This document shows positions 28,821 through 38,455 of a stretch of DNA of 64,000 nt, one piece after another. The notes below the pieces were generated by a model, which did not search any database, was not told the DNA's origin, and was given only the letters and a program-made list of their open reading frames with translations. Source of the stretch: a virus (taxonomy: Duplodnaviria > Caudoviricetes); IMG/VR virus record IMGVR_UViG_3300033067_001743, positions 32,001-96,000 of that record; one strand, given 5' to 3'. The translations under genes were made by a program, and so were the position numbers. The stretch's first letter is position 1, and each line of letters opens with the position of its first letter.

Positions 28821-29854
28821 ATGTTTAATATGTTAAACGTGTTGTTTATCCAGCCATCAAAATCTTTAAAAGAAGTGTGTAGATAATCTTCTACCAAATA
28901 TCTTTTTATTTGATGTCTATCTAATTTTTGAATTGGTTGTTCTAATATTTCCCTAATTCTCAATTTACTGCTCACAGATATGTCAGTATCCTGTAATTGC
29001 ATCAACTCCATGTTCCTAATTAAAATGGCTTTATTGTCCAAAACTACCTGATAAACTTTGGGAACACTTTTTTTCTTTTTACCTTCCTGTGTTGTCTGTT
29101 TGAGAGATTCGTTAAGTAAATACTCTAAGTCTAAAACTTTCTCTGACACTTCTGGAAAATATTTCTTTAAAGTTTTTAATCCTATACCGTCAACCCCTGA
29201 TATATTGTCACTTGTGTCACCATCTATCGTCCTATACAATAAATAATTTTTTGGATGAATTTCTAATTCCTCTTCCAGTGTTTGTAAATTGTATAATTTC
29301 TTTTTTACAGGAGAGTAAACCTCGACTTGATCTGAAACTAATTGTAGGAAATCTCTATCTGTTGACACTATCCTAATTTTAGTAGCCTTATCATTGAAAT
29401 ACTGCATTGTCATATTCGCTATGACATCATCTGCTTCAATGTGATCCATGCAAATAATTTGTACTGGCAACAATTCAAGATATTGTATAACTCTAACCAA
29501 TTGCCGTCTACGGGCTGCATCTTCTTCTTCTTTAGTAGAGAAAAATTCCCTTCTTAATTTGAATGTCCCAGTTCTATTTTCTTTGTATTCTGGCAGTAGT
29601 TTTTTTCTTCTCATACTGCCTCCCTTCCCATCAAATACTACAATACATCTTGTTGGATTAAAGTCTCTTATTTCCTTTCCTATTGATCGCAAGGTTCCAA
29701 GTATTCCACCAACATGCTCACCATTCTCTGATATAACAGGTACACTTGAAAATATTCTTATGTATGTGTTTAACCCATCAATTATTAACACTCTGTCATT
29801 TATTGATTCAGTTTTATCATCATGTAATTTATTAAATAATTCAAGTAGGTTCAT
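28805..29854 (-). CDS. 5'-3' flap exonuclease / T4 RNase H-like
   Basis: IIDGLN, VFDG, R...YK.NR, EADD, STDRD, GDTSDNI.GV.GIG; likely start ATG 29854. Confidence 0.92.
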   Translation of the reverse strand: MNLLELFNKLHDDKTESINDRVLIIDGLNTYIRIFSSVPVISENGEHVGGILGTLRSIGKEIRDFNPTRCIVVFDGKGGSMRRKKLLPEYKENRTGTFKLRREFFSTKEEEDAARRRQLVRVIQYLELLPVQIICMDHIEADDVIANMTMQYFNDKATKIRIVSTDRDFLQLVSDQVEVYSPVKKKLYNLQTLEEELEIHPKNYLLYRTIDGDTSDNISGVDGIGLKTLKKYFPEVSEKVLDLEYLLNESLKQTTQEGKKKKSVPKVYQVVLDNKAILIRNMELMQLQDTDISVSSKLRIREILEQPIQKLDRHQIKRYLVEDYLHTSFKDFDGWINNTFNILNIWSTT

Positions 29855-30357
29855 TTGTTTAGTAGTATTTTTAAGCATTCGTAGGCTTTAGTTGCACCTG
29901 TTAATGCATTATGTATTTCAGGCTCAGGTTCAATATTTAATTCTTTACATATGGCCTTCAATCCAAGAGTTTTGCCCAATTTACAATATGCCATAGTGTA
30001 TAAGTCAAGATTTCTCCTAAATGGAAATGAATTAAAATCCATTTTACTATCATGGTGAACCTTCCTTAAAAATACTTGGTCAAAGTATATGTTACAACTC
30101 AGTAATGTGTTTGATCTACCATTTGACCAATCTAAGAAGTTTTTATATAATTTTTTTGGTGTAATTAATTTACTATCTCTGATTTGAGATTCAAAAAACC
30201 CGTTAACTTTTAGGGCTTCCGGGTCAACCTTATCTTTTTTATAGATTCTACACTCTCCATAAAAGGTTTCCTCTGATTTAGTGTCTATTGCTCCAATAGA
30301 AATAATTTGATGGATTCGTGAATTTAATCCTGTTGTTTCTAAGTCTATTACAATCAT
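29851..30357 (-). CDS. DEDDh 3'-5' exonuclease
   Basis: IDLETTG, NIYFD, HNAL. Confidence 0.85.
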   Translation of the reverse strand: MIVIDLETTGLNSRIHQIISIGAIDTKSEETFYGECRIYKKDKVDPEALKVNGFFESQIRDSKLITPKKLYKNFLDWSNGRSNTLLSCNIYFDQVFLRKVHHDSKMDFNSFPFRRNLDLYTMAYCKLGKTLGLKAICKELNIEPEPEIHNALTGATKAYECLKILLNK

Positions 30358-30371
30358 ATAAATTGATGTTT

Positions 30372-30414
30372 AAAAAACGATACTGGTGCCAAGTCTTTAC
30401 TCAACACCAGTATC
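30372..30414 (-). terminator. intrinsic terminator after uvsX/recA
   Basis: GATACTGGTG...CACCAGTATC stem (extendable with G-U pairs) followed by GTTTTTT. Confidence 0.8.
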
Positions 30415-30430
30415 TTGGCTTTTAGGATTA

Positions 30431-31588
30431 TTAATCTTCTGGCTGTATAACATCTTCTCTATCAATAGAATCCGTATCAAAATCGTCTCCTATATTATAT
30501 TTTCTGATGTATGCAGTACAGATTTGATCGTAAATTCTCTGTTTCATTCCGGGAACATCGTTAACGAGTTTTTTAAATTCTTTGGCCATGAATTTATGTA
30601 CAACAATCTCCCCAGTGTCTTCGTTGATGTTTTCATATGAATACCATGCACCTGCTTGCTTTAAAAAACCGAAATCTTTTAATGCTTCAAGCCATGATGA
30701 CATATCATCAATACCACTTTCATAAGCAATGTCAAATTTTGCACTTCTTCCGGGAGGTCCAAGACGGTTTTTTACCACTGTAACTTTAACAGTATTTCCA
30801 TATTCATCTTTTGTATTTGGATAGTATAGTTTCTGCTCAAGTTTAGTTTTTAATCTAACTGATGAGTGAAATCCTATTGCGAATCCACCAGATGTTGTCA
30901 TGTTTTCCCCAAATGTTACTCCCAGTTTACTTCTTACCTGATTGATAAATATAATGAGAATTTTCCTTCCCACCATCAAACTGGTAATTTTTCTCATAGC
31001 CAATGACAAAATAATTGATTTACCAGTAGCCCAACCCTCTTTAGCATAATCTGCCTCAAGTTCAGCCAATGTTGTGGCTCCCATAACAGAATCAACGACT
31101 ATGGTAACAGGTTTATCTTTCCCAGATGCAACCTGTCTTTCAATTATAAGTGCTATGGTAGTGAAAATTTCCTCCAACGCTCTAAGTTTATCAGAGTATA
31201 TTGCATTTTCTACATCTAATCCAAAGGATCGGTAGAAATCGAGCATACCTACAGCGTTTTCTGTATCAAATAATACAGCAAGTCCACCCTGCTTTTGGGT
31301 GTTGGCTAATACATGTGCTGCAATCAGTGATTTTGAAGAAGCAGATGGTCCAAAAATTTCACAAATAATTCCATAACCAAGTCCACCATTTGGTCTATTA
31401 GAGATCGCTAAATCTAAAATAGAAGAACCAGTGGATACCCAATCTGTCACTAAGTTTGCATTTGACATGTAAACAAGTGAGTTTGGAATATCTTTAAATT
31501 TTTTATTCACTACAGACATTACGTCTTCGGCGAGTGAATCCATCTGTTCATTCTTTGAGTCGGTTTCTTCGGGCTTCTTTTTTGCCAT
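30431..31588 (-). CDS. recA: RecA/UvsX recombinase
   Basis: STGS..LD, GPSASSKS, DTE, VVDS, FINQVR, TSGG, KNR. Confidence 0.93.
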   Translation of the reverse strand: MAKKKPEETDSKNEQMDSLAEDVMSVVNKKFKDIPNSLVYMSNANLVTDWVSTGSSILDLAISNRPNGGLGYGIICEIFGPSASSKSLIAAHVLANTQKQGGLAVLFDTENAVGMLDFYRSFGLDVENAIYSDKLRALEEIFTTIALIIERQVASGKDKPVTIVVDSVMGATTLAELEADYAKEGWATGKSIILSLAMRKITSLMVGRKILIIFINQVRSKLGVTFGENMTTSGGFAIGFHSSVRLKTKLEQKLYYPNTKDEYGNTVKVTVVKNRLGPPGRSAKFDIAYESGIDDMSSWLEALKDFGFLKQAGAWYSYENINEDTGEIVVHKFMAKEFKKLVNDVPGMKQRIYDQICTAYIRKYNIGDDFDTDSIDREDVIQPED

Positions 31589-31591
31589 AAT

Positions 31592-32416
31592 TTAAAATGG
31601 TAAATCTGATTTTTCTGCTGGTTTAGCAAAAATGTCACTGAACTTTTGTGAAAATTCGTCTGCCACAGCGTTAACTGTTTCAATTGATGCTTCTGGCTTT
31701 TCTGCTGGTGTAGATACTGGTTCTGATTCTGTTCCGCCAATGTATGCTTTCAATGCTGCTTCCAATTCTTCTTCTGTTGGGCATTTATATACATCAGTGA
31801 TGTTTTTTATTGTTTTTATTTTATCAAACAAATCAGCATCTTCTGTTGTAATAGATGGATTGCCCCGTGGACGGATAAAAGTCTCCGGAAATGCACCTTC
31901 TTTTACTGGTGGAACAAATTCCACTGTCAAATCACGACCTCTTTCGAAATCAGTGATGTCTCCGTAATCTTCATCAGCAAACAGTTTTAGAATTTCATCA
32001 TAATAACTTGGGGCAATTCCCCAGTAAAAAGGTCCACTATCTGGTTCCCCATTTTCTCCTCTAACTATGATTGGAACAAATACTCTTTTCTTTGCAGAAA
32101 GTTTATTTGCTACTTTCCAGTTGTTCGAAACTGTTTCTTTTTCTCCTCGTTCTGCCTTTAACATATTGCAGAATTTTACCACAGGATCAGGTAGTCCAAA
32201 TGTTACTGGTGCAAGCATTGGTTTACCAAATTCATAGTAAAAATACAATTCTGTTCCCGGATAATCTGGGTTGTGTGGACTTGGAACGATTCGAACTTTT
32301 TGTGTTCCCGGTTTAGGCTTCCAGAATAGATTATCTGTTTTCTGTCCACTTGATGACTTCTGTTCTTTCTGAGCATTGTGCTCGTTCAATTTTTGTTTAA
32401 TCTTGTTAATGTCCAT
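31592..32416 (-). CDS. single-stranded DNA-binding protein (T4 gp32-like)
   Basis: FWKP..G...VRIVP, DYGDITD...GRD, acidic tail ending SDLPF; adjacent to recA. Confidence 0.85.
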   Translation of the reverse strand: MDINKIKQKLNEHNAQKEQKSSSGQKTDNLFWKPKPGTQKVRIVPSPHNPDYPGTELYFYYEFGKPMLAPVTFGLPDPVVKFCNMLKAERGEKETVSNNWKVANKLSAKKRVFVPIIVRGENGEPDSGPFYWGIAPSYYDEILKLFADEDYGDITDFERGRDLTVEFVPPVKEGAFPETFIRPRGNPSITTEDADLFDKIKTIKNITDVYKCPTEEELEAALKAYIGGTESEPVSTPAEKPEASIETVNAVADEFSQKFSDIFAKPAEKSDLPF

Positions 32417-32478
32417 AAATGTAATTTGTGTTTAAAAAGTGAATAATGGGGTCTCTTACGGAGACCAAACGTTTTTTG

Positions 32479-32509
32479 CAATATACAACATTTTTCATTC
32501 AATTGCAAG
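32479..32509 (-). promoter_or_regulatory. host-type promoter variant upstream of ssb
   Basis: CTTG-N20-TATATTG; intergenic. Confidence 0.55.
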
Positions 32510-32540
32510 TTTTTTATGTTATTATTTTCCTAAAATTTTT

Positions 32541-33311
32541 CTATTTATATTGTTTATTGAACCTTTGTATTATTTCGACAAAAGGGACAGGAATTCTGTT
32601 CATTGTTTCTTTAATTATCCAATCAGGAATTTCTTTGTAATATGCTTCGGCTATTCCACCTGCAATGCAAGCAACTGTATCACTATCTCCACCAATTGAT
32701 ATAGCATTTCTTATAGCATCTTCAAAGTCAGTGCTTTGTATTACACATAAAATTGCTTGTGGTACTGTTCCTTGACATGTTTCATTAAACCTGTAATGTG
32801 TTCTAAGTGAATCTACTGTTTCTGTCATATCAAAGGTCGGATAATACTTTAATAGTATATCAAATAAATAACCTTTGTCTGTTGCAGTTTTTCCTAAATG
32901 AATGGCTTCACATGTTGCTAAGGCTCCATCAATTCCAAGTGGATGATTATGAGTTACTGATGTAAATTCTACTGCTTTCTTTCCTATTTCATCCCAATCA
33001 TTCAATGCAAATGCAACAGAACTAATTCTCATCGCCGCGCCATTTCCAAATGAATTATATGGTTTTGGATTTGGATTATCTATCCAATAACCAAACATTG
33101 ATCCATAACTCATTGCTGGATACATTCTACAAAACTCTTGTAAATAAACTGTTGGGTCTCCATCATTCATTAGACAGGCTGCCAATGCTACTGTGCAAAC
33201 TGTGTCATCAGTGTACATTGAACAATCATCAAATAATGGAAAATCTTTAGTTCTAATATTATCAAATTCATAAATTGATCCTACCACATCTCCTATAATC
33301 GCTCCAATCAT
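32541..33311 (-). CDS. ADP-ribosylglycohydrolase (DraG/ARH family)
   Basis: GAIIGDVVG, TDDT, SFGNGAAMR, THNH, GGDSDT. Confidence 0.95.
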   Translation of the reverse strand: MIGAIIGDVVGSIYEFDNIRTKDFPLFDDCSMYTDDTVCTVALAACLMNDGDPTVYLQEFCRMYPAMSYGSMFGYWIDNPNPKPYNSFGNGAAMRISSVAFALNDWDEIGKKAVEFTSVTHNHPLGIDGALATCEAIHLGKTATDKGYLFDILLKYYPTFDMTETVDSLRTHYRFNETCQGTVPQAILCVIQSTDFEDAIRNAISIGGDSDTVACIAGGIAEAYYKEIPDWIIKETMNRIPVPFVEIIQRFNKQYK

Positions 33312-33317
33312 ATTTTA

Positions 33318-34019
33318 CTATCCTATTTTTATAGTTGTCATATTTTGATAATTATGTCCAACCTTTACCTTAAATGGTATGTTATTAAATGTTTTTGTTA
33401 TTAGTTGTACTATCAACTCCTTTTCCTCAAGGTATACATCGAACAAAAATGAGTCATAAGTATAAAGTACTAATTTTGTCTTTGATTCACCTAAACCTTT
33501 TAGGAGGTCAGTTAGGATGATGGAGTTAAACTCTGTTTCAAGGTTTTGCAACATGTAGTTGAAAATCTTTGTCTGATTTGGCCCTTCAATCAATTCTTTG
33601 GCTACTGGACGGTCAAACAGTAGTGTGGTGAGGGTTCCTGCCTCAAACTTGGTATGAATTGATTGTGCGAGAGCGTGAATAGAACTGAAAGGTTCAATCT
33701 CAAGTAGGTCTCTATGTATACCTCCATATATTTGTTTGAAGGTATAATCTTTTGGATTAACATCTTTTGGGTAGTGTTTAGATAGTTCTAAATAAACATC
33801 ACCTTTTGGAAAATCCAAACCACATATCATGTATAATAGATACAAGTGAAATCCACTTAAATCTACTTCTAAGAGACAACCTTTATTTGAATATCTACTT
33901 ATGAACCTTTTTCTACTTCCATTGTCTTTATTCAAGGCTGCATAATTCACTTGATTAAAGTGATTACTTGGTCGGCCTGTTAATGAATATGGATCATATT
34001 CGCAATATTCAAACATCAA
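33318..34019 (-). CDS. second family A polymerase-like protein, C-terminal (palm/fingers) half
   Basis: TGRPSN, motif A EVDLSGFH, motif B K..TFKQIYGG, NYMLQ..E, motif C YTYDS. Confidence 0.8.
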   Translation of the reverse strand: MMFEYCEYDPYSLTGRPSNHFNQVNYAALNKDNGSRKRFISRYSNKGCLLEVDLSGFHLYLLYMICGLDFPKGDVYLELSKHYPKDVNPKDYTFKQIYGGIHRDLLEIEPFSSIHALAQSIHTKFEAGTLTTLLFDRPVAKELIEGPNQTKIFNYMLQNLETEFNSIILTDLLKGLGESKTKLVLYTYDSFLFDVYLEEKELIVQLITKTFNNIPFKVKVGHNYQNMTTIKIG

Positions 34020-34648
34020 AATTGTAATTTATAATGATCAAAGTTATCTATTTTTTTAATATCAAAACTATATTTAGGTCTTCTACTTTTACCATTAGAG
34101 TTAATTCCTTGATTCATAATTAGTAGATTATCTGTCTTTTCGATTACTATAAAATAGATGCTTGATAACTCTGCCTTTACTTTCCTAAGTCGTGATTTGT
34201 CAGTTCTAATTTCTCTTTTAAGTTCATACTTAGACTTTCCCCCTTTAAGATTAGAATGCCATTCCTTAAAAGAGCCATCGTTATCGTATTCTACATCAAA
34301 CCTTGCTATTACTTCACCATGAGAACCATACTTCTTTAAAGAATGATCCATCCCCACTTTATCATTTAATATAACAGTTGTAGTACTGTTAGATGATGCT
34401 TTTAAATCCCAATTAAAACTTACTTTAAAGTCAAAGGTAACATTACCAAATGTATCTCCAATATTAAAATTTGATAATATATTTTTCGATTTATACTCAA
34501 AATAAAAACCTAACCATTCCAGTTGTTTCCAGTTATAGTTGGCTTGCTTTAGTTCAAGTATACAACTCATCCCATTATAAAATTTTGGTAAAACCTGTAA
34601 CCTATTTGATATTTGTATTACATCATAATTCATTAACCCCAAACTCAA
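34016..34648 (-). CDS. restriction-endonuclease-like protein
   Basis: QLEW.GFYFE...FD...WDLKA PD-(D/E)XK-like pattern. Confidence 0.55.
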   Translation of the reverse strand: MSLGLMNYDVIQISNRLQVLPKFYNGMSCILELKQANYNWKQLEWLGFYFEYKSKNILSNFNIGDTFGNVTFDFKVSFNWDLKASSNSTTTVILNDKVGMDHSLKKYGSHGEVIARFDVEYDNDGSFKEWHSNLKGGKSKYELKREIRTDKSRLRKVKAELSSIYFIVIEKTDNLLIMNQGINSNGKSRRPKYSFDIKKIDNFDHYKLQF

Positions 34649-35501
34649 AATCAGTTATCAAATAACCATCTTCAATAATACTTGAAAACAATCCAACTTC
34701 CATTTTATACATGGTCTGAGTTGATAGGTTTTTGTATTCAATAGATGAGTAATGTTTTGGGAAGCATTCAACAAATTTTAAACTTGGAAAACTTCCAAAG
34801 AAATTTGAAAACCAACCTTGTACTACTTCTTGACTTCCGCTTCCACATTCTTTAAAATAATACATGACTTCCCAAAAACTTGGGTTATCAAAATTAGTTA
34901 TAATATCATCAATCAAATACAATATTCTGTTTAAATATGTTTCAATTGTAGTTCCATTAAATACACTTGAAAGGTTATTAACTGCCTGTTTCATTATTAC
35001 ATAATCTTCAACTGCTCCAAGTACTCTTATTTTATTATACCCACACATGTACATACTATAAGTATAATAAGGAGATGCTGCTTCAAGAAATGCCGTTGAA
35101 AATGCAAGTTTTGCTGAATTTGTTGTTGTTGAAAAATTCAAAACGACATTATCTTTCTTCAAACCTTCTGGTATTAAGTCAAAAACTGCATCCAATAAAC
35201 TATTTATTGGCATTACAACAGGGTCCATTGTAGGAACAGATACATTTTTCTTTTCTTCTGAATTTGTAAAAATTGATCTGTATTTATTTGGATTTTCAAG
35301 AACTGCACGACTTACCTCATTCAAGATTGTAAACCAAATGTAATCGGGCTTAACCTCAATACCATAATGGTTTGAATATCCATAGTGGAGGTAATCAATG
35401 TATGTTTTGTGGAAAACTTCTCCTTTAATATTATCTTTAAGATAAGCAGTTTTTTTAGTTGGAGATGTAATTATCTCATCATTTTTGTAAATGTATTCCA
35501 T
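34623..35501 (-). CDS. DUF4419-like protein
   Basis: YSNH..I...PD.IW, FSTT, CG...I...G...D, GSGS...GW. Confidence 0.75.
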   Translation of the reverse strand: MEYIYKNDEIITSPTKKTAYLKDNIKGEVFHKTYIDYLHYGYSNHYGIEVKPDYIWFTILNEVSRAVLENPNKYRSIFTNSEEKKNVSVPTMDPVVMPINSLLDAVFDLIPEGLKKDNVVLNFSTTTNSAKLAFSTAFLEAASPYYTYSMYMCGYNKIRVLGAVEDYVIMKQAVNNLSSVFNGTTIETYLNRILYLIDDIITNFDNPSFWEVMYYFKECGSGSQEVVQGWFSNFFGSFPSLKFVECFPKHYSSIEYKNLSTQTMYKMEVGLFSSIIEDGYLITDFEFGVNEL

Positions 35502-36271
35502 TAACTTTTGTTTAAATTGTGATTTTGAATTTCTTGTATTAGTTTACTTAAGTCTATATCATAGAATCCGCAATTATGGATGCTACCAAATTCAATTATT
35601 TTAAGTCCATCTGATGTATCTGCTATATCAATTACAAACATTTCTGATGGAGACCACTTAATTACCATCATTTGGGCAAAGTATTCTGCTGCTTCACTAA
35701 GATGGTCAACATTACTATACCTAACTTGCCTTCCAACTCTATACAAAGACCCTGTTATAACCTTTCCATTTACAATAAAGAACCTATATTCTTGATATAT
35801 GTTTTTTATTGGAGCAACTTGTATTTTTATCCCTTCTTTGGGTTTACTTGTTGCAAATTGAATGGAAGTTAAATTATCTCCTGCTCTCAATACAGTTCCA
35901 CTAAATGACTTATCATCAAGTACTGGACGCATGAACACATCATAATCAAGTGGTAGATTTAATTCTCCAATTGTTGTAATTTTGGAATCCCAGTTCAAAC
36001 AGTCATCTTTAAAGACATTTGACCAAACTTCATAGTTAAAGTTGTCATTAAAATGGATTTTAACCCCTTGCTTTTGAGCAAGTTCGATGAATCGTATTGA
36101 TCCAAAAGCCATTTCAATATCCTTAGCATCACAAGGTAATTCAAGCGATTCTGAGAATGGTATAAGGTTCACTATTTGATATGGAATTTCATATCTCTCA
36201 AGCAGTTCTGCTACTTGATTGTACTTCTCTTCTTTCCAGATGTTATTTTGTAGTATCCACATATTAATCAA
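35501..36271 (-). CDS. ATP-grasp protein (R2K/DUF4343-like)
   Basis: FMRP..D.KSF.G, EYRFFIV.G, FVIDIA...KIIE....CGFY. Confidence 0.85.
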   Translation of the reverse strand: MINMWILQNNIWKEEKYNQVAELLERYEIPYQIVNLIPFSESLELPCDAKDIEMAFGSIRFIELAQKQGVKIHFNDNFNYEVWSNVFKDDCLNWDSKITTIGELNLPLDYDVFMRPVLDDKSFSGTVLRAGDNLTSIQFATSKPKEGIKIQVAPIKNIYQEYRFFIVNGKVITGSLYRVGRQVRYSNVDHLSEAAEYFAQMMVIKWSPSEMFVIDIADTSDGLKIIEFGSIHNCGFYDIDLSKLIQEIQNHNLNKS

Positions 36272-36593
36272 TTAAAACTGCTAAACGAATGTGATGTGCA
36301 ATATCACCAACGGGTTGGTTGTTTGGCAACCATGCTATTAACTTTTTACTATTATACTCTTTTAAAATAGATGGAGTTACATCTGCATCTGGAAATATCC
36401 GTCTTGTTATCATTAGTTTCTCTTCAAATCCTTCTGGCACACCAAAAGGAGAGTCTAATACTTCTATTGTAGATTTATTAAAGGCTATACGTGGATATTT
36501 AACCTGAACAATATTATGACAGGTAAACCCTATTGCTTTTAAATCTTCTAAAGTATGTTCTTTAGGTGGTAGGTACTTTGGTATATAATCCAT
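36264..36593 (-). CDS. hypothetical protein
   Basis: 109 aa ORF overlapping the end of the upstream gene. Confidence 0.55.
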   Translation of the reverse strand: MDYIPKYLPPKEHTLEDLKAIGFTCHNIVQVKYPRIAFNKSTIEVLDSPFGVPEGFEEKLMITRRIFPDADVTPSILKEYNSKKLIAWLPNNQPVGDIAHHIRLAVLID

Positions 36594-37131
36594 TAATTTC
36601 TATCTCCACTAAATTGTCTGCTATATTTTGATAGCGTCTAAATGAGTCTGTTACATTAAATTCCATTATTTGATTTAATAGTTTATCTTTTATATTTCGA
36701 CAATACTCTAACTGCTTCATAATTGGTATGAAGTCATTAACGTTTGGGTATTCCTTGAAGTCTGTCCAATATCTTCTTATGACAGGACCAGCATCAAGGT
36801 TGAACCTTTGGTTTGTGTTGTACCAATATAACATCTCGACATCAAAAACATTATCTTTGTGTCGAAAGTCATATAAATACTTTTTTTTGTACACAAAACA
36901 ATTGTCGTGTACAAAATCTCCCATTATGGAGGGATCAAACCTATATATGTCGTTATGATTGAAGCCCAGCAGCAATTCATTGTGAGTGTGTATATTGAAT
37001 ACATAGGCAAAAGATAGCCTGTTAACACACCAATGGGCTTTGGTATCGCTTAAAATAGGAACAATGATTTTAGGGTCATTTTTAAAAACTCCCTTCATCT
37101 GTTCTATGTTCGATGCGCTACCACAATTCAT
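36562..37131 (-). CDS. N-terminal (degenerate exonuclease-like) half of the second PolA-like protein
   Basis: Ends in NLVEIEINGL, the xIExNG helix that precedes the thumb in PolA-family enzymes. Confidence 0.6.
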   Translation of the reverse strand: MNCGSASNIEQMKGVFKNDPKIIVPILSDTKAHWCVNRLSFAYVFNIHTHNELLLGFNHNDIYRFDPSIMGDFVHDNCFVYKKKYLYDFRHKDNVFDVEMLYWYNTNQRFNLDAGPVIRRYWTDFKEYPNVNDFIPIMKQLEYCRNIKDKLLNQIMEFNVTDSFRRYQNIADNLVEIEINGLYTKVPTT

Positions 37132-37137
37132 TTACCG

Positions 37138-37169
37138 CAAATGTACAACAAGTATTCTCACTTGTCAAG
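37138..37169 (-). promoter_or_regulatory. Bacteroidota sigma-A type promoter at the structural/replication boundary
   Basis: CTTG-N20-TACATTTG, ending 6 nt before ATG 37131. Confidence 0.7.
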
Positions 37170-37191
37170 CCCATTAACAAATATTAACATT

Positions 37192-37761
37192 TCATTTGTA
37201 AAATTCGAGTGTATTTGGCAAAAAAGTGCCAATTCCGGGAAAATCAGGGGTGCTTATTTGTAAAATGTACTGGTTTAGGTACTGAGCATCTTCCTTTGGG
37301 ATTTTGCTTATCTTCCAGTTTATGAGAAGTCTGTTGTATAGAACACCATTGATGCCCGGATTGTTCAAAGTGTTGACCTGATTATATTGTGTTGCATCTA
37401 TCTCGACAATGGTGTTCAATGGGCTATTCCTTTTTTGAACAAAGAACCTATCAAACTTCCCTTTCTTGTAGTCTTCGGTTGTTGGTGCAGGTTGATAGTC
37501 TATTGGAGGAACATATCTGTTAATTTTGTTACCTGTTATCTGGTTATACCTTAATATGTCTTGAGTCGGGTTCATCTTCTTCTCAAACAACTCCACCGAT
37601 TTGTCTGTTGGTCTAAACTCGCTGAACTTTTGGCCATTTGGCAAAACATGGTAGCCGCCAACATATTCTTCACCAGTTGACAACACAAACTCATTCCCAT
37701 CAGTATACTGTCCTGTGAGAATTTGATGTAAATTATAGTATGGCTGCTGAATTATTGGCAT
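37192..37761 (-). CDS. hypothetical protein (likely baseplate-associated)
   Basis: YT.GNEF....EY.G.YH; PT.EDY..G...RFFV; last gene of the tail operon. Confidence 0.6.
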   Translation of the reverse strand: MPIIQQPYYNLHQILTGQYTDGNEFVLSTGEEYVGGYHVLPNGQKFSEFRPTDKSVELFEKKMNPTQDILRYNQITGNKINRYVPPIDYQPAPTTEDYKKGKFDRFFVQKRNSPLNTIVEIDATQYNQVNTLNNPGINGVLYNRLLINWKISKIPKEDAQYLNQYILQISTPDFPGIGTFLPNTLEFYK

Positions 37762-38140
37762 CTTCTATCTTACGTTTATATATTGATCCATATCTATTGT
37801 ACTTCTCTATAAGTTCTTTACTCCATCTAATATAGACATTTATATTGTTTACAGTTTTATGTAATTTTTCTATGTCTTCATCATAAACTGGCGCATCTAA
37901 TTCAAAATCAATAGAATATGTGCAACGGACTTTATTATTTACTACTAAAAAATGAAATCCATTTGTTTTGTCATCTTCTTCAATTTTAAATTTCTTAACA
38001 ACATCTTCATTTTTTATTCTATTTTTTTCGAACAACTCTTCTTTGGTTGTAAAACTTTTTTCTTCTTGGGATTCAAATACGCCATCAAAATCCATTTGAC
38101 AATGACACCAAAGATTATGTTCTAAGTAATGCTTTTTCAT
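37733..38140 (-). CDS. hypothetical protein
   Basis: 135 aa ORF. Confidence 0.55.
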   Translation of the reverse strand: MKKHYLEHNLWCHCQMDFDGVFESQEEKSFTTKEELFEKNRIKNEDVVKKFKIEEDDKTNGFHFLVVNNKVRCTYSIDFELDAPVYDEDIEKLHKTVNNINVYIRWSKELIEKYNRYGSIYKRKIEDANNSAAIL

Positions 38141-38146
38141 ATACTA

Positions 38147-38455
38147 TTAAATTAGTTGTTCTAAGATCATTAATATTTTTATTGGGCTTACATCAATCTT
38201 TTTTTCTTTCTTATCTCCAACAGTCAGTTCATAAGCACACAAGGTTCTGTTGTTTGGAGACCTGTAAACAAAAATAGTGCCTTTACTGCCTTCATATTTA
38301 TTTTCTAATAGTTCGGCTATCTTAACCATTTTCTCTATCTTTTGCAAAGTTTGGTCTGATGCTAATTCTTGGACTTTACTTTGTAAATGATTAAGTATCA
38401 AATGTTTCAACATAACAACATTTTTGATTTCTTCGTAAATTGCTTTTAGTTTCAT
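38147..38455 (-). CDS. hypothetical protein (possible internal head protein)
   Basis: N-terminal MKLKAIYEE leader. Confidence 0.55.
   Translation of the reverse strand: MKLKAIYEEIKNVVMLKHLILNHLQSKVQELASDQTLQKIEKMVKIAELLENKYEGSKGTIFVYRSPNNRTLCAYELTVGDKKEKKIDVSPIKILMILEQLI

Noticed and set aside
31519-31740. 73-aa alternate-frame ORF spanning the ssb/recA junction
   Set aside because: It overlaps two conserved genes out of frame, both of which have complete ends; there is no evidence of frameshifting
34016-36593. Group I/II intron or IS element explaining the split polymerase
   Set aside because: The insert is fully packed with coupled ORFs, leaving no room for a ribozyme core; no transposase, recombinase or terminal repeats were seen by eye
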